A DNA stretch of 63,364 nt, filler included, from Collodictyon triciliatum (taxonomy: Eukaryota): NCBI GenBank assembly GCA_043381765.1. It is 10 parts of 10 records of this genome, joined end to end, with 100 filler letters (N's around TTAATTAATTAA, not from the genome) between each part and the next. Parts side by side here need not be neighbours in the genome. Positions count along the whole stretch, not along the records: positions 12,862 to 19,188 come from JBHJMP010004539.1; positions 19,289 to 25,605 come from JBHJMP010004540.1; positions 25,706 to 32,028 come from JBHJMP010004541.1; 7 more parts are not named here. The stretch is one strand, 5' to 3'. The translations under genes were made by a program, and so were the position numbers. The notes under the pieces were generated by a model. The model saw nothing but the letters and a program-made list of their open reading frames with translations, was not told the origin of the DNA and did not search any database. Of this stretch, positions 16,868 to 25,929 are shown piece after piece; the first letter of the stretch is position 1, and the number at the start of each line of letters is the position of its first letter.

Positions 16868-19188
16868 TTACATTCTGTCAGCAGCTTTGGTGTTGTTCTC
16901 GCCTTTTCTTGCGGTTAAGATGTCAATCCACTGGAGCAAATCTGCACATCTAATATACCAAGCAAAAACATGAACTCATATTCGCAGTTGCGTTCGATAA
17001 AAAGCGATTGATTGTGGGTAACGAATCTCTCTTTGGGCCAGGAAAAAGAGGGTTGACTCGAAAGAGCATCATCGGGGGCACTGAAGCAGGTCCGTGTTCA
17101 CAAAACATTTATTGTTTGGTTCCATTGTCACCCTTTTTTTTATTTTTTTTTTATAGGATAATTACTTCAATTTGCTGGTTTAGTACAAAAGGCACAGTCT
17201 TGTCAAACGAGACGGGCTTTGGACTTGGAGCGCAGATGGGCTTGAAGATGGGTTCGCTTTCTTTTGCGAAGATGGACTGGTTCCCTCTTGTTTTGATGGT
17301 TTCCGCATACTACTGGACGGAGAAGCATTTGGAACTTCGGGTGACTCCATGTGTTCTGCTTTTTCAGTGATGGGCTTCACGTTCGATGTATTAGGACTCG
17401 ACCCACGGGGAGCTTGTCCTATGTTTTTTTTTGTTTTTTCAATATGAGATGAAGAGAGAATTAAAATTTTATATGAATACTTGCGTGAATCTTCCGGGAC
17501 AGGCAAAGGACCAGCAACCGAACTCCGCCGTGATTGGATTTGATGGACATTATAACCTAGGTCACGAACAGATGGCGAAACAGACATCTCTACCTTTCGC
17601 ACAAGGTTGACTGACAGGCGCCTTTCTCTCCCTTTCGCAGATTTCTCTGCGCCAAAGCACATTATAAGATTGGTTGAAATATTGTTGCAATCAGAACGAA
17701 CAAAAGTATTTTGATACCGAGCCATTCAGGAAGAAAAAATATTGTGTCCCACTTATTAGTCTATACAAACGACCGTAATGCAAGGAACAAACCTTTGAGG
17801 GTCTCCAGTATATTTCCTGGAAGCATTGTTGCAACGGACTCACCGTTTACATCTGCAATATCCAGAACGGCGCCTTGTTCGACGAGAGAAAACATGATTC
17901 GTGTGAGCCTTTGAAGCTAAATGAATCGAGGATACAAAGCGTGTATATTTTTTTTTAACACAATCCTCTAAATTTTTCCTGTGGGTCTAATCAAGTTTAT
18001 TAATAATGATGTATCCATGCAATTATAGTGAGTCATACCCGGTCATTTTCATACGGCTTTTGCTTCTCTTCCTTATCCCTTAATAAGGCTGCGATGTGTA
18101 AGGGGGTTTGATTCTAGAATCGGTTCGTAAATAATAGAATTAAATTAGAGAAAAAACGGGGCTAATTTTGTTTGCTGCTGATTCATAGCTTGATGTTGTG
18201 TAGAACAATATCCGATCAAAACATAATCATTTTCCCATATACTCTTTTTGTGTGGAATTCGACTGCAAGTGATGCTGAGTGTACCTTGAAATTCAGTAGA
18301 TTCAAATGGGCGCCTCTTTTGACCACCCAACTGCACAGGGTTGAGTGAGAAGAGCTCTCGTCAGAAAGGCATATCTCTTTTCGACATTATTGGTCTTTAT
18401 ATAAATCAGTGTAAACATAAGAACCTGACAATCGTTTCATTGGCTTCCATGACGCAGATGTGCAGTGGAGCATATCCCTACAAATGAGGAAAATATCATG
18501 TATATAATCTTCTTCTGTAGATAACGATATAGGTAAATCTCAAATGGAATATACAATCAAGGTTGTATCAGAGGATAAAACAAATACCTTGTCGTCTTGG
18601 ACATTGACATTTGCATTGCTGTCAATCAAGAGACGGAAAATCTCGTCTCTTCGGTGGCTCGCTGCGTAATGCAAAGCTGTTCGGCCTCTGCGGTCACATA
18701 TGTTGACATCTCCGTTATGAGCAATCAAAAACTCGATTTGCGAAGTCTATGGTTGAGTGTTGATTTAGTTACCCTGATAGAAACAGGTTCGAAAAGCATA
18801 TGCGTCTGTCTCTTTTGTATGCTATTCACACATGATAATCAGCTTTATATATGCATAGCGGTCAATTTATTGCTGTCCAAAAAACTGAAAAATTTAACAA
18901 AACAAACCCATCCGTATTGTGCAGAATAATGAATCAGAGCCAGCTTGAAAATGTTCTGATGATTCGGGTTTGCACCTCTTAATGAATAAAAAAGAAGAAG
19001 AAAATGAAGGAGTTTAGAATAAGACGCTCATAGTAATGCTATGTATTGGGGGGGGGGGGGGGGGGAAAAAAAAAAAACAAAACAAACAAAAAAATAAACA
19101 AAAAAAAAAGATGAAGAAAGGACAAAAAAGTCAGAAAAATTATTATGATGAAAATTGGCCATTTATCTTTCAGTGAAGGTTACTCTTA
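16868..19188 (-). CDS. Ankyrin-repeat protein, multi-exon, 5' truncated
   Basis: GANPNHQN..LIHYSAQYG; GDVNICDRRGRTALHYAA..IFRLLIDSNANVNVQD; GYAPLHICV; TPLHIAA. Last exon reads LLQWIDILTARKGENNTKAADRM* (possibly a PH-like terminal helix). Confidence 0.8.
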
Positions 19189-19288
19189 NNNNNNNNNNNN
19201 NNNNNNNNNNNNNNNNNNNNNNNNNNNNNNNNTTAATTAATTAANNNNNNNNNNNNNNNNNNNNNNNNNNNNNNNNNNNNNNNNNNNN

Positions 19289-20055
19289 ACACCTCTGCTG
19301 ATTGAGCTCTGTAACTGTGCATGATACTCTGGGGCCATTCGAACCAGGTCGTACGAAATATAACATTTGCTTACAGTATAAGAAGCGTTTGTGTCGGCTG
19401 TTCCTATGGTAGCTATAGCAGCTTCAGCCACAGTCGAAGCATAAGCCTGAAGGCACTGATTAGCTGGGGCTAGTTCTATCTCAATCTGAAACGCTGCGAC
19501 TGAATCAATCAAAGACGTAGAGATTAGTCCCGAGTACTGAGAGATTCCTGACAAGCGCAAAGGTATCGCATAATTTCTTGGAACTAAAGCAGAAGCCAAG
19601 TTATTTTGATCTTGTTTATGATTCCTGATTCGTTCAAACGCATCTCCGATTCCCATCGTCGCCGCACCCACGCACTTGTTGTAGTCATCAGCCACATAAT
19701 TCATAAACATACTATCTAAGTAATTATACCGTTGAATATCCTCTAAAAGGAAACTAGTACCTTTCCTAATTCGGAGTGCTTGGATAATTGATTCAATCGA
19801 GTTATTAAAATAGTAATCGTGTGTGGCATGATTACCCGCCGGTGATGGATTAATGGTGACGTCAAAGTGAATCATCAACGTGTCCATGTCTATTTCCATT
19901 CCAGTTTCGGAAGGTATATTCCAAAGTATCCGGTCAACCCGGGTAGGACCGAATTCCCCGCCATTGAATGGGGTTACTTTGGTAGTGTGACGGGCCAGAA
20001 CTTTGTCATTATAGTTCCGAATCTTCATGTACTTTGCTTCGCTAGGATACTCCAT
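19289..20055 (-). CDS. Putative double jelly-roll major capsid protein of a Polinton-like virus, 3' truncated at the contig end
   Basis: Intronless. TKVTPFNGGEFGP..RILWNIP..EIDMDTLMIHFDVTI..SIESIIQALRIRKG..LLEDIQRYNYL..YAIPL..FQIEIELAP..YTVSKCYISYDLV follows the N-terminal jelly-roll pattern I recognise from PLV/virophage-type MCPs. Confidence 0.78.
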
Positions 20056-20074
20056 GCATATGCCGAGAAATTAA

Positions 20075-20380
20075 TTTTATCTGAAACGCACCCCAGAAGA
20101 AAATGGGCATGAGGTCCCGTCTGTGTGTTTAACCTACTGCTCAACCCCCCCTTATAGGGCCCTTCCGAAACTATTTTATTTTGACCCCTACCTTAGATAA
20201 TATTGGGGGGGTAGGGTAGGGTATATTTCTATTTACTTTCTATATTTTAGGGGTTGAACAAGTAAGGATAAACATGGGATGAGCAAAGAGGTACAAGACT
20301 AAAAGAAGTAAGGGAATACCCGAATGCCCATTTTCTTCTGGAGGATGAGCAGGGGTTGAGCAGGGGTTGAGCAGGGGTTG
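20075..20380. promoter_or_regulatory. Structured viral intergenic region: 18-bp inverted repeat, 11-bp direct repeats x3, G-tract
   Basis: ccagaagaaaatgggcat (20093-20110) is the exact reverse complement of 20324-20341; (tgagcaggggt)x3 at 20346-20378; near-complement aacctactgctcaacccc at 20131-20148; gggggggtagggtaggg at 20205-20221. Confidence 0.65.
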
Positions 20381-20388
20381 TGCATTGT

Positions 20389-20748
20389 TTACCTAAATCT
20401 CAATTCCCGCCCGTGAGTGGCAAGAGCATAAGCCTGACCCAGGTCGTGTATGCCAGAGCCTAGACTCTTTGTATTCATTTTCTTAATGTCCAGGTCCCCC
20501 AGAGTGCTCAGCCCCCTACCGAGGTAATTGGCTGCCTTGATGGTGCTGACCAGGGGGTTGGTGATGGTCTGGATGGCGGGCTTGACTCCCGTAGAGGTCA
20601 ATAAATTGTCGACTAACCCCATGCTGGCATCGTCGAGTTTCACATATGCGTTGTTGAGTCCCTCTAGTCGTCGTATTGCTCTGTCAGTCGATGTAGTAAG
20701 GAACCGCCCTACCCCTCGTGCTCCTCGTTGTGCGTAATTTACAATCAT
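20389..20748 (-). CDS. 119-aa viral ORFan, basic/Gly-rich, predicted helical
   Basis: ATG-to-TAA intronless ORF upstream of the capsid gene and co-oriented with it. Confidence 0.7.
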   Translation of the reverse strand: MIVNYAQRGARGVGRFLTTSTDRAIRRLEGLNNAYVKLDDASMGLVDNLLTSTGVKPAIQTITNPLVSTIKAANYLGRGLSTLGDLDIKKMNTKSLGSGIHDLGQAYALATHGRELRFR

Positions 20749-20781
20749 ACTGAAAGCACAGATAAAAATCTAGGGTATAGC

Positions 20782-23700
20782 ATGAGCTCACCACCTAAAA
20801 GAAAACTGGCTGTAGCAAGAAATACAGCAGAACAAACAGCAGCCAGAAATAAAGAAGTCACTGATTATATTGAAACTACGTATACAAAAGAGGGCGGCTT
20901 ATCAGCTCAGCTACTTGCAGTTGCAGAAATTAAAAAGTTTCTATACGGTGATGGTAGGCACACTGGAAACCTATCTGCTGCTATTATAAATGAAATCGCC
21001 AGGACTAAATATGGGACTTTTGAAAACGCGCAAAAAGTAGCCAAAGAAAATTACAATGCTGAATACTTTTCTGAAGTCTATGGTATAAGAGAAGGTAAAC
21101 CACCTGATCCTAAAACTCTTAGATTAAGATTAGCAACAGCATGGGCAAAGTCTTCTAAGCCCGTCCCTGAAATTCCTGAAGCACTGAGAAGACGAGAACC
21201 CTCGCAATCGATGGCACCCCCTGAGGCACAACCTTCAGCTCAAGCCTCCACGCCCAATAGACTCCCTGCACAACCAGAACCCGACAGTTTGCCTAGCACA
21301 GCAGCCCCTTCAAGAGCAGTATCACCACCTGATACACCACAGGAAGTATTTCGAAATATAGACCCGAACGAATTAGATGCAGACATCCCACTCCTTCGAG
21401 GAGCAGCACCAAGTGAAGGACCAGCCCCGAGTGATATGGACATTGCACAAACTGAACAAGAAGAAGAAGAAGAAGAAATAAAAGAAGACGAGAACACAGT
21501 TATATTAGACGCTGACCAGATCAGTGCTCGTTACGGCTTGCTTCGAAACACTATTTCGTCCGCCACCAAGGAGGTTTTCGTTTTAGGTTACTTACAGAAA
21601 CGCAATAGGGGGGTTCCGGTCCCGACACACGTCCACGCTCTCGCTAATCGCATTTTATCATTGCTGCGTGGACGAGGAGTTTTACAATACACAGACTTTC
21701 CAAAGTACGTACCCTCAGGAGACTATGATGATACAGAATGGGACGATGCTGAAGCAGTATTGAACGAGTACCTTACAGCAGAAGTAACACAAATACTTTA
21801 CAATATATGGGTTGATGAGGAGACCAATAAAGAACTAAGAGATGCCAGACTTATTCTACTCGAACGACTGGCCGAAGAAGAGTTGATTGCTGAAACCCTC
21901 CTAGAGCGCAGACTGAATAAAGAGCGAGCTGAAAGAGCCGCAGAAAGAGAAGCAAGAAGAGCCAAACAAGCTGAAAGGGACGCAATGGTAGCAGCAGCTC
22001 GAGCAGCAGGGAAAAAGGCAGCAGCAGTAGCCGTACAAGAATCGGGACCAACTATCAAACAACAAATTCAACAACTGCGACAAGAAAGAGACACATTACT
22101 CGAAAAATTGCCGACATTAGGGCCACAGTTACCTAGCAAACTCGACCCGTCTTTCAGAGCCAGAATGATGTTGATTTATATGCAGCAAGTGAAACAATAC
22201 AAAGAAGCAGAGGTCGAAACTCTTGAACCTGATGCTCTAGTAAGAACTACCGCATATGATACAGCTGTAAACGATATGTTAACAACTATAATCAGAGCAC
22301 AACGTATCAGACGCGAAGCCTTACAACAAACGTATTTAGCAGAAGTCGAAGCGAATTTGTACTTTGGTGTAGATGACGAGGCAGATATCGCCCAACAATT
22401 GGCAGAGATAGACGGTTTAATTGAACAGGATCTCCCCACTGACGATGATTTCTTGAGAGACATAGCCACACTGTTTTTAGCCGCACAAGAGCAAGCCGAA
22501 CAACTTCAACCAGAAAGCAAACAAGCCCTGAACGATTCTATGAGAATGTTGAATGAAAAAGTAACAGTGCCAACGTCACCAGATGACATTGATATTACTT
22601 TTACAGACTTGGAGCAAGCACAAGAAGCAGACTCAGCTTTAGCCACGCCGGCAGCCGCACGGGTAGAATTTTCACAAAGAGCAAAATCATATACTGAAGA
22701 TGTATCTAAGTTTGGAACTAGAAGAATCGGTGATTCCGGAGAAGTTACTAAAAGACAATTAACTTTTGATGAGCCAGGGGACACTTCAAAAGATGAAAGA
22801 ATCAGAGAACTACAGCAAACAGTTGATGACCTGAGAAAAGAATTAGCAAGGATGCGAGAAGTAGCCACTGAAGCTCAACAACTATATGACAATTTATTTC
22901 GTGGTATGTTGGAAATGCAAGACAAGAACGAAATGGCCCGCAGTATGGACGCCGAGTATATCGCCAAGTTGCGAAATAAAATGTTAGAGTTGACACCTCG
23001 TCGACCCAGAAAACCTGCTTCGGTTGCGCAAACTCAGGCTGCTACTCAAACCTGGACTCCGCTTCATGCAATCAGATATCGAGAAGATCCTGTGACACCC
23101 GAGAAAAGTGGAGGTGTCGAGGTAGCATTAACACCCCGCAAGACACCCCAAAGACGAATTGAAGGAGGCCAATCAGAACAAACAGCTGCCACACAGCGAT
23201 CGTTTACACCAATCAGACCCCCACTTGCGTTACCTGCTCCTGACCAACCTGTGTTTCAACAACCAAGAAGTCCAGCGGCCCAACAATTTATAAACAATTC
23301 AAAAGCCTTGACTGTCAGAATAGCTCAGACGACCAGAAATCTAGCAATGGTCAAAGGAATGAGCCCCAGTACAGCCTTAACGACCACACAAGGAGATTTC
23401 CTGGGGGCCCAGCAGCGGTACATTGAACAACTACAAAATGAATTGAGACAATTAAGAGGACAATTAAAAATACTACCAGCCATTCGAGACATTGACAGAC
23501 CTGAAAAACAGGGTATTATCGAGCAATTCAATAGAGATTTCTTGGCCCTTCAAGGTAATGATGCTGCTAGAGTTGGGGCCTTACTAAATACTGTACAGAG
23601 CACACAATTAGCTCTCGTTAAAAGACAAGGCGATTTAACTGATGAAGGCAATCAGGAGCTCAATAAATTAACAGCGGCATTAGATGCAGCAGCTAACGAC

Positions 23701-25338
23701 CTGGTAAAACTTGAGAAGCTGAGACTACAACAATTGGAATTTTACATGTCTCTTGATCAAGAGCGACAAGAGCAAATCGAAGAACTAAAAAAAGCAAAGG
23801 AAAGCGGTGGGCTAAAGAAAGCAATTAATCGTGCGAATCAAGAGCAGGCTAAGAATCAAGAGCTGCGACAAGAAATGGCCAACTTACAACAACAAATGGC
23901 TGTGCTTCAAGCGCAACAACAACAGCCAGGAGCAGACCAACAACAAAATGAGCAGTTAGCCGAGGAAATAGCAGATCTTAAAAAACAACTCGACGCAAAA
24001 CAAGCTGAACTTGATGCAGCTAGTGCCGCACCAAAGGCCACACCCAAAAGACTGAAACAAGCAATCAACCGCGCTAACGAGGAGCAAGCCAGAAACCAAC
24101 GACTTTTAAAAGAGATTGAAGAAGCAGGTAGAGCAAGACAAGAAGCAGAAGACAAACTAAAAGCTGAAAGACAAAGGCAAGCTAATGAACCTGTGAAAGG
24201 TTCGACTCCAGAGAAACGACAACAAAATACTGAAAACCGTCAACAAAGCATAGAGAATCTAGAAAAGAAACTCAAAAAACAAGAAGAAGCACATAACAAA
24301 ACGATAGCTCGATTAGAACAAAGTAAACTTGAACTTGAGCGTCAATCAGACAAGGCACTTGCAAGATTACAAGCAGACAGGGAAACAGATGCTCAGACCA
24401 TACGCAATTTAATTGAGCAAACACGGGCACAGGGTGACACAATTCTATTCCAAACCAGAGAAAGTAACGAACGAGAACAAGAAAATCAAAGACTCGTCCA
24501 GGAGAATATTGACCTACGAGCAAATTTAGATAGACTGAGAGCAGAAAGGAGAGCAGCAGGCAGGGCTACACCCAGAGAGGGAACCGCAACCCCAAGACAG
24601 CAGCAAAATAATACTCTCGGTACTGATATGGCTACACGTTCGCAACAATCATTTAATGCTTTCCAACGCGGCGCAGGTATCAATCCAGTTACAGCGTCGT
24701 TTGTTGGAGCTACACCAAGTATGACACCAGTATTCGCACCAAACAGACCGCAAGTGAGAGATTCCCGAGACACATCTAATGCTAGCAGATTCGCTCAGAA
24801 AGTGTCTAGGTTCTTTGAAACAGCTGCCCCAGGTACCAACAACACCACATTTGCTTTTAATTCTTATGATACATTCTTAAATGCTATGGCGACATATGGC
24901 ATCGAAGCAGTTGATTTGACCAGCGACACTAGTTATCTCGAAGAAATTGTAACTGCATTTTATTCTGGGGTTTCAAGAGGGGACCTGAACACACTCATTA
25001 CCAGTGCGAGAGCAGCTGGAGCGTGGCCTCTCAAGTACCAACCAAAGTATAGTGAACAATCATCTGTCAACACCCGCTCGGTTGCGTTCTTGAACCGGTC
25101 ACTCGGGCAAGTAGTCAACTCTGACATGGGCACTATATTTGTAGGCGCACAGCCAAACAGTGTCATTCGAAGACAGGGCTTGAATTACGTCGTAAGCGGA
25201 CCAAGGGGTGAAAAAGCTGTCTTTGGAACAGCCCGAGACGCTCAATATTACTCTTCGGCAAAAGGCAAGAGGTACGGCCCGGTCACAGAAAGCGTCTTTG
25301 GTTATAAACCGAAAAACCTTTCACAGGCAATCTATTAA
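20782..25338 (+). CDS. 1518-aa intronless coiled-coil viral ORFan
   Basis: 4557-nt open frame from ATG 20782; N-terminal PPKRK; E/Q/K/R-rich heptad regions; A-ending codon bias; no introns or microsatellites. Confidence 0.9.
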   Translation: MSSPPKRKLAVARNTAEQTAARNKEVTDYIETTYTKEGGLSAQLLAVAEIKKFLYGDGRHTGNLSAAIINEIARTKYGTFENAQKVAKENYNAEYFSEVYGIREGKPPDPKTLRLRLATAWAKSSKPVPEIPEALRRREPSQSMAPPEAQPSAQASTPNRLPAQPEPDSLPSTAAPSRAVSPPDTPQEVFRNIDPNELDADIPLLRGAAPSEGPAPSDMDIAQTEQEEEEEEIKEDENTVILDADQISARYGLLRNTISSATKEVFVLGYLQKRNRGVPVPTHVHALANRILSLLRGRGVLQYTDFPKYVPSGDYDDTEWDDAEAVLNEYLTAEVTQILYNIWVDEETNKELRDARLILLERLAEEELIAETLLERRLNKERAERAAEREARRAKQAERDAMVAAARAAGKKAAAVAVQESGPTIKQQIQQLRQERDTLLEKLPTLGPQLPSKLDPSFRARMMLIYMQQVKQYKEAEVETLEPDALVRTTAYDTAVNDMLTTIIRAQRIRREALQQTYLAEVEANLYFGVDDEADIAQQLAEIDGLIEQDLPTDDDFLRDIATLFLAAQEQAEQLQPESKQALNDSMRMLNEKVTVPTSPDDIDITFTDLEQAQEADSALATPAAARVEFSQRAKSYTEDVSKFGTRRIGDSGEVTKRQLTFDEPGDTSKDERIRELQQTVDDLRKELARMREVATEAQQLYDNLFRGMLEMQDKNEMARSMDAEYIAKLRNKMLELTPRRPRKPASVAQTQAATQTWTPLHAIRYREDPVTPEKSGGVEVALTPRKTPQRRIEGGQSEQTAATQRSFTPIRPPLALPAPDQPVFQQPRSPAAQQFINNSKALTVRIAQTTRNLAMVKGMSPSTALTTTQGDFLGAQQRYIEQLQNELRQLRGQLKILPAIRDIDRPEKQGIIEQFNRDFLALQGNDAARVGALLNTVQSTQLALVKRQGDLTDEGNQELNKLTAALDAAANDLVKLEKLRLQQLEFYMSLDQERQEQIEELKKAKESGGLKKAINRANQEQAKNQELRQEMANLQQQMAVLQAQQQQPGADQQQNEQLAEEIADLKKQLDAKQAELDAASAAPKATPKRLKQAINRANEEQARNQRLLKEIEEAGRARQEAEDKLKAERQRQANEPVKGSTPEKRQQNTENRQQSIENLEKKLKKQEEAHNKTIARLEQSKLELERQSDKALARLQADRETDAQTIRNLIEQTRAQGDTILFQTRESNEREQENQRLVQENIDLRANLDRLRAERRAAGRATPREGTATPRQQQNNTLGTDMATRSQQSFNAFQRGAGINPVTASFVGATPSMTPVFAPNRPQVRDSRDTSNASRFAQKVSRFFETAAPGTNNTTFAFNSYDTFLNAMATYGIEAVDLTSDTSYLEEIVTAFYSGVSRGDLNTLITSARAAGAWPLKYQPKYSEQSSVNTRSVAFLNRSLGQVVNSDMGTIFVGAQPNSVIRRQGLNYVVSGPRGEKAVFGTARDAQYYSSAKGKRYGPVTESVFGYKPKNLSQAIY

Positions 25339-25365
25339 ACAATTGTTACTATTAATAAGAATTGT

Positions 25366-25605
25366 TTACGCGGCTGTTAAAGCAGGAGTACAGTTAAATC
25401 GAGTTGCATCAACCATCCAGCGGCCTATAGTGGTACGGAAATTAGTAGCTGTAAAATTGGTTCCTTCTGTTACGGTGTAAGTTGTTCCTCCGAGTGCAAT
25501 GCCTGTGCCACTGGAACCAAGCACAAAGGCATTATTTGTTGGACTAGCTGAATCAAACCGCACTCTCTGAGTCCCTGTTCCAGTTCTATCTGGCAACATC
25601 CAAAC
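25366..25605 (-). CDS. C-terminal fragment of a Thr/Gly-rich, beta-strand-like viral protein (possible virion or fibre protein), 5' truncated
   Basis: Frame is open to the contig edge; convergent with the giant ORF, 27 nt apart. Confidence 0.55.
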   Translation of the reverse strand, partial: VWMLPDRTGTGTQRVRFDSASPTNNAFVLGSSGTGIALGGTTYTVTEGTNFTATNFRTTIGRWMVDATRFNCTPALTAA

Positions 25606-25929
25606 NNNNNNNNNNNNNNNNNNNNNNNNNNNNNNNNNNNNNNNNNNNNTTAATTAATTAANNNNNNNNNNNNNNNNNNNNNNNNNNNNNNNNNNNNNNN
25701 NNNNNATGATAATGATAATGATAATGATAATGATAATGATAATGATAATGATAATGATAATGATAATGATAATGATAATGATAATGATAATGATAATGAT
25801 AATGATAATGAAAATCAACCCCAAAATCAAAATCAAAATCATAATCAATATGAAAATGAGTGTAAATAAATCAAACCGAATGAAGACGAAAATGAAAAAA
25901 GTAAGGAAAAAGGAAGGAAAATAAGGAAA

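Larger units (their letters stand above)
19289..25605. mobile_element. Fragment of a Polinton-like virus or related capsid-encoding DNA element
   Basis: Whole contig is intronless and almost entirely coding and carries an MCP-like gene; no termini or host flanks are visible. Confidence 0.72.

Noticed and set aside
20728-20781. ORF-track start of the giant ORF at 20728
   Set aside because: Non-ATG start overlapping the divergent gene; ATG 20782 is more plausible.
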